Shown: positions 40,201 through 53,460 of the stretch, one piece after another
How positions within the stretch are numbered: position 1 is the stretch's first letter
Layout: every line of letters starts with the position of its first letter
Assembly: GCA_951406725.2 (NCBI GenBank)
Contig: OX597834.1
Location: 18,290,001 to 18,354,000 of the forward strand
Reading direction: 5' to 3'
DNA from: Octopus vulgaris
Taxonomy: Eukaryota
DNA: 64,000 nucleotides
Position numbers and translations under genes: made by a program
The notes under the pieces: model-generated
What the model was told of the DNA's origin: nothing
The model's input: the letters and a program-made list of their open reading frames with translations, nothing else
The model's database searches: none

Positions 40201-41853
40201 TTGTGAAGCATACTTAGAAAAGGCCACTCTCCAGTGTTTCTCAAGTAACAACCAACTCAGTCCACAATTAACAAAAATCTGTTCTGTTCCAGATATAGAA
40301 ATTAGAATACACTGCATTTTCTTAAAGACACTTTTATTGAACTTTAGTGTTGGTATCAGGTTGTTAAACAATGATTGAAGAATTTCAACATTTGACTATC
40401 TGCATGTTACATTCATAATGACAACACTAATCTTCATATAAGCTTCCATACTCTTTATTAACTAGGAACATTTGCATTTACTTATATATGACATTTGAAT
40501 AAATACAACATACAGGAGAATGGCTGAATGACATAAGTACAAGTATGCACTGGAAAATATGCTAAATAGTAATATGAAGACAGTTCATTTTTATTGAAAA
40601 TAAATCAAATGGAAAGAATGAGAATGCCTAATCAAAAAGCTGACTGATACAGCTTCCAGTAGCATCTCAGGTTGTTCTAGGTAAAGTAATGCCACCTATC
40701 ATGGCATTGAGTGATATAATTCAGTGTAGTGCCATAGGCCATTCTGTAAGGAAACAAAAGACAATGGAAGAGCATCTTAGAGTAGAATGACAAGGTTCTG
40801 TGAGGAGTTCTGGATGGCTCTGCCTAGGGTTCAATTCATCTACTTTCTGTAAACCCAATGGAGGTTTTCAAGAAAATTCGTCCAGATTATTTGGCTGGAA
40901 TATTTCAGCTCAGTTACCTACCAACTAATCTTACAGGTCAAGCTACATTTGTGTTTGTGTTAATACTTTTTATGACCACACAGTTAACTTTTCATAACTG
41001 ATCTTGCCTTTCATGGCAGTATGGCAGGCTGTAGTTCTGAGCTGGGGAGTTTGAGCATGGGGGTTTAAAACTCAGCAGGATCCTTGCTGAAGAACTACTG
41101 CAGTAGTATCTATATCAGTAGGTGTAGTTGTTGGTAAAGAACATTGTTTTGCTGGCTTTCCAGATTCAGTTGACCAAATATCTACTTTCTTCTTCATGAA
41201 CCATTATTAGTTGTATTTTAGACTTTACAACATTCTTTTTACATGTCCACTTAAACAAGACCATTTTGTAATTTGTGAAAACAAAACAAAACAAAAACAA
41301 ACCAGTAATAATAATCCAATAATCCAATTTTAGTTGTATTTTAGCTTTCCTATCACAGAAATATATGAAAGAAATTTGTTTACAACCAAAATCTATTTGT
41401 TCATAGAAAAATATTGATCATACAAAATTTGGATAAACTGCAGTAAATTAATTAAACGTCTTTGAAAATAAAGGTATTTGCAGATCAATAAATTTCAATC
41501 ATAGGTAAGTATTGTTTACAATTGTCTACATTGTTAACAATTAATATCTATATATCTAAATATCTAATCTATTGATTATAATGATAGTTTTATGAAAATG
41601 ACAACCAAGAGTAGTCTATAATTTTTTAATCAGAATTTTGTTGAGAATTCTTTTTCACCTGCAAATAACAAAATGATTTTTTAAAGACATTTTTAGAGGA
41701 CTTTCAAAAATGTGATTGCAACACTTAAGATACAGATTGGATACTCTATTGTTTCTGTAAATTCATTATCTTCAGTGACAAATGAAGATAAAATGTTTCA
41801 TATAAGAGTGTCTCATTAATAATGGATAATAAAATTATGAAATCTGGTTGACT

Positions 41854-41902
41854 GCTCAACTACCTAGCTCAGTCAATAGAGCATGAGGTTCTTAATTGTG
41901 GG
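41854..41902 (+). pseudogene. tRNA-Lys(CTT)-like 5' fragment (tRNA pseudogene or SINE head)
   Basis: ctagctcagtcaatagagcatgaggttcttaat versus the canonical CTAGCTCAGTCGGTAGAGCATGAGACTCTTAAT; no intact T arm or acceptor stem. Confidence 0.6.
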
Positions 41903-42315
41903 ACCAAACTATGTTTGGTTCACACAAGTTTTTTATTCATTTTTTTTCTCATTCATCCAATTCTTACTCAACGAGTGCTGGAGCAATTCTCAGATCTTTT
42001 AAATATGGGAGCCTTCAATTAGTTATTTAACCCAAATTATCCTCAAACTATGCCTAACCATCTTAAAAAATTAAGGGATATAGTGGATAAGTTAGTCCTA
42101 GATCCAGTGTTCTAAAAATAATATGGTGGAATGAACTGAAATGTCTAAATCATAGCTCTGTCTTGCTTTGGATTAGAATTCTGTTGGAGTGAATTGTACA
42201 ACAAGGTGTCATTGATGATGGATAGTAATCTCATTGTAATATTATTCTTGTTGTTCTTGTGATCAGTCTGTTTTCTCCTTATGTTACACCAAGTGAGGTA
42301 AAAACTTGAATAGAA

Positions 42316-42399
<84 letters not shown>

Positions 42400-44606
42400 G
42401 GGGAGACAAAGAGAGAAACAGAAATAGAGGATCAGAGAAAAAACATGAGAAAGAGGAAGAAGGTCTATGTTATTCTGCATTTGTGTGTCCAAATCTCAGG
42501 CACAATCAAGTGTTTTACACTTTTATCTTTTATGCATTCCAGAGCAAAGGCTGAGGCCATGCTGGGGCACCGCTTTTTTTAAAATTAGGTTTAAAGGCTC
42601 ATCAGAGAGATACATACATTGACAGAAGGGAAAGAAGATATTCAAATATGCTGTCTCACACCATGGAATTACTTGGACCTTTGCGAGTATTAATAAATGT
42701 TGTTGGTGTCTTGGTCACATCATGCAAAAGGATATAACTCAATATTATTGGAGTTATATCCCTTAGTTATTAAGTTTTAAGTAGATTGTCACCATTTATG
42801 TTATCCAGATTGTCACTTGGCATATGTATTAGCTAGATTGTCACTTGTCAATAATTTTTATGACAGTGGGTGTTATCAGATAATAATCACATCTATAATT
42901 AATTGATAGCTAATTAGTGTAATTGTTATCGTTAACAAATATTTATTGCAAATATTTGTATGAAAATTTTGTTTTATTTAATTTCATTTCAATTTGATAA
43001 ATATATACTGTTTTTGAAAATTAGTATTCATTTATCTGTTTTGTATAAACACCATCAAATTTGAAAAAATTAAAATTATAATTATTGTATCTATGCAACA
43101 TTACCTGATATTTTCCCCAGAGTTATAAGTATATTCATAACATTATACCATAATATGGTGAATAATCTAGTACCTATATAAGTGGTAAAATTTGCAAGCC
43201 TACCTACCTCCTTGTTAGTTCAATGCAAATCTTTCTCTGAGAAATGTGTGACCTTGTACCAATGAAGCAAATCAATATTTATATGCTAATGGAATAGTGG
43301 AATTAGGGTAATCAGTGGAAGACTATAAAATAAAGTCTTTCATGAAAATTCATTTTAATTAAAACAAGAAATATAAAAAGCATTACCATATTTCTATTTC
43401 TTAAACCATTTTCCAGTACTTAACATATTATTCAATGACTTGTAAATTCCTTAAGAGGGTGATTGGCAGAATTATTAGAGTATCGGACAAAATACCTCCT
43501 GGCATTTTTCGGAGATCTTTGTGTTCTGTATTCATCTCCCACGGAGATCAGCTTTTCCTCTTGTCCTTAAATAAAGTACCAGGGAAGTTCTGAGGCAGAT
43601 AGTAGACTAACTGCTTCCTTGAATATTTCTGACCTTGTACCTATATTAGAAACCATTACTATAATTATTCTTAGTATTTCCAGGTTGTTTCAGTAAAGAA
43701 CTAGTTGAATTTTGAAATGACTTTATGGCTTTGATTCAACTGGATTTTATAATTTTCTAATGGAATATTATAGCAGCCATTGAAAAATATTATCATAGAG
43801 TGTTTCTACAACTAAAGAAAATGTGGAAAAGCATAACACTATGGTTAAGAAGTTTGTTTTTCAATTATATTGCTTCATGTTCAATCCAATGTGACATGCC
43901 TTGGGCAAGTGGCTTTTATCATAGTCTTTGGTTAATAGAAACTGTGGAAACCTGTCGGGACAGTTCCTGTCTTGGGGTGGTGGACTTTATCCAAGGTTAG
44001 GGTTTAATACCACTGCCTGGCTATGGATGCTTTTAGTGGAGTATATTATGTTGCAGGTAGTTGGACCAGGTCTCTGATTGGAAGATAATTTCCTTCTTTC
44101 TACAAGCCTTACACACCATGAAAAGGGACATGGGTACTACCTTTCCTCCCAATGCTAAATCATGTGTGAAAATAGAAAACTAAAAACATGGAAAAAGCAG
44201 CAAAATAATACAGCAATATCAACTATATGGTATTCCTTGATACAGTCAACCATTTGTACATTCCAATTATTTATAGTAATGCTCAAGCACAAGTTATAGG
44301 AATTGACTTTTGGGAACTAAGTATACAATAATCCAAAATTTGTACTTGACTATCCCTGAGAGATCAAAAGGTCACTTTGCTTATCAGAGATGTGCGAAAT
44401 GACTTTGTGAGAACCATTTCATCTATTATTTTAGCACATTCCCAAGAATATTGCAATATACATGCTCATACCAAAATTCTTAAAATTATCTATGGATCTC
44501 ATTCATTATATGAACCTAATATATATAACATCTGCCAGAACTTTACTTACATTACATATAAGCAACCTGTTGTGCATGTTCACAGCAGGGTTTACATCAG
44601 AGCTAT

Positions 44607-44932
44607 GAAGGCTTGTGGTTTAGTGGTTTGGGGTATCTGGCTCATAAGATCATAAGTTTGATACTCAGCAACATGTTGTGTCCTTGAGCAAGACACTTTA
44701 TTTAATGCTGTTTCAGTTCACTCAGCTGGCAAAAATGAATTGTACTGGTAATTCAAAGAATTCAAAAGGTCAGTCTTAACATACTGTGTCACGGTGGAAT
44801 CTCACTGACAACTACATTAAGGGTATGCATATCTGTGAAGTGCTCAGTGACTTGTACGTAAATTTCACGAGTAGGCTGTTCAGTTGATCGGATCATCTGG
44901 ATCACTCGTCATCATAACCAACAGAGTGCCAG
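44607..44932 (+). mobile_element. tRNA-headed SINE (third family)
   Basis: tggtttagtggtt head and tgtgtccttgagcaagacact core; 3' part shared with 3317-3553. Confidence 0.75.
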
Positions 44933-45228
44933 TACATCAGATGTCCCTGTCCTACAAAAATGCTTTTACAACAGCTAGGGATCCCTCAATCCTAGTGGTT
45001 TATATTTACAAGCTAATTAATTCCTAGCTGGGACCCTGGCAGATGTTACTACTCCAGGTCAAAGTAGATTATGCAACAATAATGACTAAGAAGTGGTTCC
45101 TTATTCTTCAGAACCCTGGAACTCCCAAACAAGGGGCCCACTGCCAAATGCAGTTTAAACACAGATAGATAGATAGATGGATAAATAGATATATGTATAC
45201 ATACATACAAACATACACAGATACATAT

Positions 45229-45263
<35 letters not shown>

Positions 45264-45304
45264 TGTGAGTGTGTGCTGCACATCTCATGCTTTGCACTAG
45301 GTGG

Positions 45305-45347
45305 ATCATCATCACCATCATCACCATCATCATCATCATCATCATCA

Positions 45348-45412
<65 letters not shown>
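45305..45412. repeat. (CAT)n(TAT)n trinucleotide microsatellite
   Basis: Seen directly in the sequence. Confidence 0.95.
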
Positions 45413-45879
45413 TTAATATGAACTGTTGCAGCAAATGTTATGTTTTCACGGTTGGTTATCCATTCTATCACTAACCACCCAACTGTGTAGATCTAGTAGT
45501 GATTAATTTTTATGCTAGACTGGCTGACACAAGGTAGTGTAATGTGTATTGCCTAATATGTGTGTAAATGTGTGTCTTGATTATGAGTATATTTATGAGT
45601 ATGGTAATTCACATTCTGTTTACTTAGACGGAGCTCAGCTTCCAGTCTTTTCACAGCGCACATACACAAACACACTCACGCGCGCGCACACACATATACA
45701 CACACGTGTGAATGTGCATGCGCTTTGTGTGAGTACGCGTGTGTGTGTGTGAACCCACCCATGCATACATATGATGGCTCTCTTTAAAAGAGAGACAAAC
45801 TTTTAGTTGTTACTGTTACTGTTACTACAGCTGCTGATATTGCTTTTATTGTTTTTGGGGTATATCATAGAAGCCGCGA

Positions 45880-46355
45880 GGTACCTATTTCTTTACTACT
45901 CACAAGGGGCTAAACACAGAGGGAACAAACAAGGACAGACAAAGGTATTAAGTCGATTACATCGACCCCAGTGTGTAAATGGTTCTTAATTTATCGACCC
46001 CGTACCTTGCTGAGTTCGACTCAGCTCGCTGTAATTTACTTATAAGTTAGAGACTGGCAACGTTATGGTAGTTCCTTTGTTTTGAAGGAAACATAGTTAA
46101 AAATACAGGAGTTCAGAGGAATGCCTTATCAATGACCAGACGGTAGATGCATGGTGGGATATTTTTTACTTTATTGTGCATAGTCCTGAAAGACAAATAT
46201 TGGTTTCAAATTTTGAGCACAAGCCAACAATTTCAGTGTAAAGGATTAGTCGATTACATCGACTCCAGTACTTGATCGGTACTTTACATTATCACCCCCG
46301 AAAGGATGAAAAGCAAAGACGATGTCGGAAGTCTTTGAACTCAGAAAGTGAAGAG
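45880..46355 (-). mobile_element. Two partial Meta-domain SINE copies
   Basis: gtcgattacatcgaccccag and cccgaaaggatgaaa blocks. Confidence 0.7.
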
Positions 46356-46669
46356 TGCCAGATCTTGTTAAATTTCTTCGAAACAAATTATTTTCAAAAT
46401 ATGTAGTTATAATGTAGTTTTACGTGCTGATGACGAAAATCGCATTTATTTTTCCTAGAAATTAATAATAAAGAAGTTACAAGCATTAAAAATTATGTAA
46501 TTTTAGCCAATTGAAGTTTCGATTACTGAATATACCGGAAGTCGTGATTGTTTGCCTCCATGGGAACAACATTTACGTGGTATCTCAACTTGCAAGAAAT
46601 AGCAGTCAAATTTCCCTTAAACTACGCCATAGCGTCTAAAAACACAAGGGACGAAACATTGTGTTACAG

Positions 46670-47170
46670 CACCGTTTATTTGCTCGCCTGAGACAGGTCC
46701 TTATAGAAAAGATGGAAGTGTCGGAATGTGAAAACAACAGGAAGAACTTTAAGGAGTCTGCATATAATGTTTGTGCCCATGTGATTGGTTTTACCAAACG
46801 TAAAATTGGTTTAATGAAAATCTCGGGAAATGACTGGGAAGAAATTGCAACTAACCGGGGAAAATAGAGGAAAGCAGTACATTGAGGGAAGTGAGAATTT
46901 CGAGACAGCTCGAAGAAATCAGGAAAAGGTGAAGAAAGATGCTAGAAAGGGTGTGGACGTGATATGAATGTGGAAGAGTCTGCTTCAGCAGAACGGGACT
47001 GAAAAGTCAAAAAAGAGGCCACGTACAGTGAGTTGACTTATATTGAGCCATACACAGCATAACAATACGCCATGAATGTATCAAAGTTTTCCTATCAACA
47101 GGAGTTCGAAACGACATATGAAAGTGCATGATGACGAAGAAGTGGATCCTGTTGTTCTTGGGATAATCAT
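46670..47170 (+). mobile_element. Probable RTE LINE ORF relic truncated by a mariner insertion
   Basis: Peptide NFKESAYNVCAHVIGFTKRK resembles the RTE EN-RT linker; heavily decayed. Confidence 0.45.
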
Positions 47171-47179
47171 ATACATGTT

Positions 47180-48450
47180 CAAGGATGGGTTGAAAAGTTC
47201 GTAGGCTGACTATGAAGGAGTGGCGATTGAGCTGTGAATTTCTCGCATGCGTTAATTTCAATCCATCTTACAAATAACTGCATTGTTTCTTTCCAGGTAA
47301 ACTGACGTCTGACTGTTCAAAGAAGACTTCAAAAGATAACTAGTAGCAACTTCTTTTGAAAATGAGCAAAATTTGGCATCGTGGTGTAATCAAGTACCTG
47401 CAGAAAAAGGGTTTAGCCCCTTAAACGACATTCATGCTGACATGGTTGCTATATTAGGGGATGACACTCCAGCTTTATCAACAGTGCAAAAATGGGAAGC
47501 TGAATTTAGGAGGGAAAGGAAGAGTCTTGAAGATAATCCAAGGTCTGGACGTCCTGCAACTGCCACCATCGAGGAAAGCATTGATAGTGCTCACCACATA
47601 TGGATTACAGACGTTTGAATATAAATCAAATAGCCAATCCTCTTAGCATATCCCGTGAGAGGGTTGAAAATATTCTGCACAATGAGCTTGGCATGACAAA
47701 AGGACGTGGGTACCACGTCCATTGACACCTAATCAAAAGTGCAACAGGCTGATAACATCACGGGAAAATCTAACTTTGAGGCAAATCCAGCTAGTCTTAT
47801 TGAATGTTTTCTCATCCAGGATGAATATTGGATTCATCACTTTGATCCAGATACAAAAAGACAGTCCATGCGGTGGAAACACCTCTACTCACGTGCTTCA
47901 AGAAAGCCAAGGCCGTTTCATCTGCAGGGAAGGTGATGGTCTCAGTTTTTCGAGATGTGAAATACATTGTGTTTATTTACTATCTTCAAAAGGGTCACAC
48001 CATCAATGGGGAATACTATGCCAATTTGCTGAGGCAGTTACGAAAGGCTATCAAGACTAAATGCTTTGGCAAACTGACAAAAGGAGTTTTGTCTCATGAG
48101 GTCAATGCTCCAGCACATGTCCTTCGTTTCAATGGCTGTGTCTTTGAACTGGCTGATCAGCCCCTCATTTCTCCAGATTTGGCTCTCTCTGACAATCATC
48201 TGTTTCCTATCATGAAAAAGCACTTGGATAGGAACCTGTATCGCAGTGATGTTGATGATGATGTCATATCTACTGTTGACTTTTTTGAGCAAACGGATGT
48301 AAGTTTCTTCACTGATGGAATTCAAACACTGAAATACCAATGGAAGAAGTGTGTGGGCTGCAAGGGGGATTGTGTTGAAAAATGGACCTCGTTTGGTCAC
48401 CTTCCGTCAGAGTATCTTAATCAGCCTATGAACTATTCAGCCGACCCTCG
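47180..48450 (+). mobile_element. Near full-length (~1.27 kb) mariner DD34D transposon with a frameshifted transposase
   Basis: Both TIRs present (caaggatgggttgaaaagttcgtaggctga and tcagcctatgaactattcagccgaccctcg). Motifs WVPRPLT, QDEYWIHHFDP, SAGKVMVSVF, HEVNAPAH and SPDLALSDNHLFP. Confidence 0.92.
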
Positions 48451-48757
48451 TGTGTGAGTGTGTGTATGCGCGCGTGCGCGTATGCATATGTGTGTGTGCG
48501 TATGTATGTGTGCGTATGTGTGTGGCTTGTGTGTATTTGTATTTGTCCACCACCACCGCTTGACATCAGATGCTGGTTTGTTTACATCCCCGTCACTTGG
48601 TGGTTTACTTAAAGAAGCTGATAGAATAAGTATCAGGCTTAGTAAAAAAAAAAAAACAAATAAAAAGTACTGTTTGTTCGACTAAACCGCTTTAAGGAAG
48701 AGCACCAATATGGCCGCAGACAGATGACTGAAACAAACGAAAGATACAATTTAAAAG

Positions 48758-48808
<51 letters not shown>

Positions 48809-49095
48809 TGAAAGTGCAATTCCTCATTATGACTAACCATTTCCATCCTTATTAGGAATATTCAGGCTGTGGGGATTGAAGAATAGAAACTGTATTTATA
48901 ATTATTCATAAATATTTCCTCAGTTGTTTGTATATGTGACTGTTGTGGTGTGTCGTTTTTATAATGAGTAAACGTTTTTGTGTGAATTATAATGATTCAT
49001 ATAAGGTGTGAATGTGCCGAGAGGCGCACGTAAGGTGTTTTAGGTGATTTTGCTGGTTTAATTTAAGGAAAAGAGTTTTCTGATATTGGGGTGTA

Positions 49096-49290
49096 CTCTT
49101 TACTTTTTACTCTTTTACTTGTTTCAGTCATTTGACTGTGGCCATGCTGGAGCACCGCTTTTAGTCGAGCAAATCGACCCCAGGACTTATCCTTTGTAAT
49201 CCTAGTACTTATTCTATCGGTCTCTTTTGCCGAACCGCTAAGTTACGGGGACGTAAACACAGACACACAAACATATACACACACAGATAA
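49096..49290 (-). mobile_element. SINE family A, 3' half
   Basis: ttttacttgtttcagtcatttgactg...gccgaaccgctaagttacgggg. Confidence 0.85.
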
Positions 49291-49304
49291 ATACATACAT
49301 ACAT

Positions 49305-49385
<81 letters not shown>

Positions 49386-49386
<1 letters not shown>

Positions 49387-50210
49387 GATCTTTTCCTTTT
49401 GAACGGCAGTTTTCAACACAATTTCTAGTTAACTAAACACTTTTAAACTTCGTATACTGGTAGAATGTGTCAAAATAAAACATTTTTTCTCTTCGCTTTC
49501 TTGAGAAAATTGTAATTTGTAAGTTTAACGTAATTTAATTTTTCGAATTTTAACCAATCGATGGCCTCTATTGAGCTAAAATCATTTGCTGCGTCTAAAA
49601 CTGAGACAACATCCTGTCAATAACCCTAACCCTAACCCTAACACTAACACTAACCTTAACCCTAACCCTAAATTTTAGCCTTTCGTTTTTTTTTCTTAAT
49701 TGTTAAATTAATTTAATTGTTACGCATGTGTCTAAAATTATTCGTTTTGTTTTTGTTTTGAGTTTTTGCTTTCGTTTTCTTTTCTTAATTGTTAACTTAA
49801 TTTAATTGTTACGCGTTAATTACAATTGTTAATTGTTACGCGTATGTCTAAAATTATTCGTTTTGTTTTTAGCCTTTCGTGTTTTTTCTAAATTGTTAAA
49901 TTAAGTTAAGGATAACAATTAAGAAAAAAAAACAAACAAAAAAACGAAAAGCTAAAATTTAGGGTTAGGGTTAGGGTTATTGACAGGATGTTGTCTCAGT
50001 TTTAGACGCAGCAAATGATTTTAGCTCAATAGAGGCCATCGATTGGTTAAAATTCGAAAAATTAAACTACGTTAAACTTACAAATTACAATTTTCTCAAG
50101 AAAGCGAAGAGAAAAAAATGTATTGACACATTCTACCAGTATACGAAGTTTAAAAGTGTTTAGTTAACTAGAAATTGTGTTGAAAACTGCCGTTCAAAAG
50201 GAAAAGATCC
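49386..50210. mobile_element. Foldback/MITE with ~300 bp TIRs carrying internal (TAACCC)n/(TTAGGG)n
   Basis: GGATCTTTTCCTTTTGAACGGCAG...CTGCCGTTCAAAAGGAAAAGATCC. The arms are near-perfect reverse complements; telomeric hexamers at 49621-49670 and 49959-49979. Confidence 0.9.
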
Positions 50211-50265
50211 CAGTATTTTGCTTTGGCAAAATTGAAAAAAAAGTTGGTTGCTTTTATATATATAT

Positions 50266-50372
50266 AGCCATGATAACACTCTGAGTTTCGGATGCCGAGG
50301 TGGAAATCCACGCCGCCATTTTCCGATGGCCAGATAACTGAAGAGATGGCGGCGTGGATTTCCACCTCGCCA
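50266..50372. ncRNA. Rearranged type I hammerhead ribozyme motif (Penelope/retrozyme-like), probably inactive
   Basis: CTGAAGA on plus (50338-50344) and CGAAAC on minus (50290-50285), sharing a 24-bp helix-II sequence duplicated in inverted orientation. Helix I partners are GGCCAGATAA and TTATCATGGCT. Confidence 0.6.
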
Positions 50373-50384
50373 TTACATTTACAC

Positions 50385-50386
50385 AC

Positions 50387-50473
<87 letters not shown>

Positions 50474-50487
50474 TGTATGTATGTATG

Positions 50488-50572
<85 letters not shown>

Positions 50573-50575
50573 CTA
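50385..50575. repeat. Compound (TG)(TATG)(TATC) microsatellite
   Basis: Seen directly in the sequence. Confidence 0.95.
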
Positions 50576-50950
50576 TATATATGCATACATATACATGTAT
50601 ACATATACACACATACACACATACATGTACATACGTATACACACATTATGTAACATATAAAAATAGTATCTAAGGATGGTGATGGCATTGGTGATAATGG
50701 TAAGATAGTCGTAATGATGCTGGTAATAATAGTAATAGTGTTAAGAATGACGGTCGAGACCAAGGAATTAGTAAGGACGGTGATAGTGATGATGAAGATG
50801 TTGATCATGGGAAAGATGCTGAAGATAGTGATGATGATGATGATAATGTTGGTAACGACGCTATTGTGCTTTTAGCGGTGGTACAACTAGGCAACCAAAA
50901 AGTTAGTCTAGGTTTCTTTGTAATTTAGTTATATGCATAAAGTTTATAAG

Positions 50951-51372
50951 CAGGATGTGGCTGTGTGGCAAGTAGCTTGCTAACCAACCATATGGTTCCG
51001 GGTTCTGTCCCACTGCGTGGCATCTTGGGCAAGTGTCTTCTGCTATAGCCCCGAGCCGACCAATGCCTTGTGAGTGGATTTGGTAGACGGTAACTGAAAG
51101 AAGCCTGTCGTATATATGTATATATATATATGTATGTGTGTGTGTGTTTGTGTGTCTGTGTGTCTGTGTTTGTCCCCCTAGCATTGCTTGACAACCGATG
51201 CTGGTGTGTGTTTACGTCCCCGTAACTTAGCGGTTCGGCAAAAGAGACCGATAGAATAAGTACTGGGCTTACAAAGAATAAGTCCCGGGGTCGATTTGCT
51301 CGACTAAAGGCGGTGCTCCAGCATGGCCGCAGTCAAATGACTGAAACAAGTAAAGAGTAAAGAGTAAGAGTA
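50951..51372 (+). mobile_element. Full-length SINE family A
   Basis: Same head and body as 6286-6685, with a (TAAAGAG)n tail. Confidence 0.9.
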
Positions 51373-51744
51373 AAGGATGCACCGCAAAAGAAAGAATCAA
51401 CTCTGTGTGTGTGCGTGTGCGTGTGTGTAAGTATGTAAGGGAAAGAGAGAGAGGAAGAGAGAAATGGTAATAGAGAGTAAAAGCGAGTGGGTGAGAGGGA
51501 AAAAAGAGAAGTGGGTAGATGTGTCATTACGCGTTTTGCGCATGTATTAATTAATGGTTGGCTGTTGATTACCATTCGTTATTAGCTCAATACACACATG
51601 TCCAAGCACACACAGTGTTGCAAAAAGCACAAGGATGTAAATACATACACGTATATCTACGCACTCATACACTTGTGTGAATGTTGTGTGTGTGCAAGTG
51701 TGCGCGTATGCATGTGCATATGTGTGTGTGTATAATATATGTAT

Positions 51745-51810
<66 letters not shown>

Positions 51811-52913
51811 GTGAGAGTACGTAAGTGCGCGAAAGAGAGAGAGAGAGAGAATGGAGAGATGTAAGAAAGATTTGTGTGTATATGTGAGTGTTGGAGGTGG
51901 GGGTAATTTTGATAAACACGTTTTAAACCTCATTGTGAAGAGAAGATATTGTGCTTAAACCGCATGTTTTCAGAAAGGACATTGACTTGACTAGTTTCCT
52001 CCTGTATCTTTTAATTTATTTTCCTGATTTATCAAAGGTTGATTTAATTACTCATTTTCCCGACCATTGAGAAAGTAGTAGCTAAAATTCACATAACTGA
52101 ATTGGTGTGTCTACATTGCATAACGGTACAAGCGATGGAAACGTGTATTAAGAGAAGCACTACAAAGAAATTTCCGTGACATTCAGATAAATCTACAGAT
52201 GTATGTTTCTAGTAAATACCTTTTAAACCTGTCTATAAAAAGTACATATTATGACTAAGCCGCATGTTTTTCTCTTTGAGAATAAACGACTGACCTCTGA
52301 AACTAATCAGGCCGATCTCCTTTTTCTGAGAGAAAACCGCGGTTTAACAACAATATCTGCTTTTCACAGCAAGGCTAAAAATGTGTGTTTTCTAAAAAAA
52401 AACGCCCATAAGCCTAACATACATAAGCATAGAAAAGCGCAGTGCAGTTTATTCTATTTGCGTGTAAGTTTGTATGTGTGCACAAATATCCATGCATAAA
52501 TATACAGATATACACACATATTGTCACTCTCTGTGTCACGCTGAATATCCCCGAGAACTACGTTAAAGGTACACGTGTCTGTGGAGTGCTCAGCCACTTA
52601 CACGTTAATTTCATGAGCAGGCTGTTCCGTTGATTCGGATCAACCGGAACCCTCGTCGTCGTAACCGACGGAGTGCTTCCATCCCACACATATTTACATA
52701 CATACATCATCAGTGATGTTTCCTGGGAGTTTATGTGCTTGGAGTCTTTCAACAACCAAACACTTTCACCAAGGTGACCAAGCTAGGATTGATCAAGTCC
52801 CATATTGTGCCCAGTTAGCACTACCCTTGCTAGCATTGCCTTTTCCAGGGTTCGCTCCACCTGATATATAGCCACCTTGAGGTAATCTCTGCCACCTACT
52901 GACTTATGCGATG

Positions 52914-53024
52914 CACTAGTGTAACGGAGGGGGGAGACACTTTTGGGTCTGCGTTTTATTGTGGGATTCGGGGGCAGCAAACGGAAGAGCCGTCCTGGGG
53001 TCACACACTCTAGCTACGTCACTG
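52914..53024. mobile_element. Small hAT-type MITE with 8-bp TSD
   Basis: TSD ATGCGATG at 52906-52913 and 53025-53032; imperfect TIRs CACTAGTGTAAC and GCTACGTCACTG. Confidence 0.75.
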
Positions 53025-53159
53025 ATGCGATGCCCAGTGTATTGTAGGATCTGCTGAGGGACTGACCTGCAAACGCTTTGCATTCTACCGACTCACGACT
53101 CGTTTGCCACCCATTGCTTTGACCTTGTTCCACCACCTTCTCTTACTCTCATTTGCCTT

Positions 53160-53460
53160 TCCAAGAGAACAATTTGCTTAGATGTTGCTGAAATTGGCAC
53201 CACATCTGGCTGCCCGAATGAAGTTTGGTCCCCGTATCATCCATCCTCAACAAAAACCATGTTCGCATCCCACTATAACACTCAAATAGAACTATTTCAC
53301 CTCCGGCCCGGCTCTCTTTAACATCATGCCGAGATACATAAGAGAAGTAAGAGGTCTTATAACATTCAAACGGTTGTTGGACAAATGTCTCCAACGAATT
53401 CTAGACAAACCACCCATGTCTGGATATACCCGTATATAATAACTCTTTACTCGAATATGT
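53160..53460 (+). mobile_element. CR1/L2-group LINE ORF2 C-terminal relic
   Basis: NYFTSGPALFNIMPRYIREV..TFKRLLDKCLQRILDKPPMSGY..NSLLE. Confidence 0.7.

Noticed and set aside
40600-41200. Coding-looking unique stretch upstream of the hAT relic
   Set aside because: Multiple stops in the frame read and no recognisable motif or splice pair.
47873-48457. 194-aa ORF as an active or domesticated (SETMAR-like) transposase
   Set aside because: Frameshifts upstream, a degraded second catalytic motif (HEVN), no SET domain, and the ORF runs through the TIR.
49621-49979. Opposed (TAACCC)n/(TTAGGG)n as a chromosome fusion site or telomere
   Set aside because: The tracts are short, lie within the arms of a TIR element, and are in the opposite order to a head-to-head fusion.
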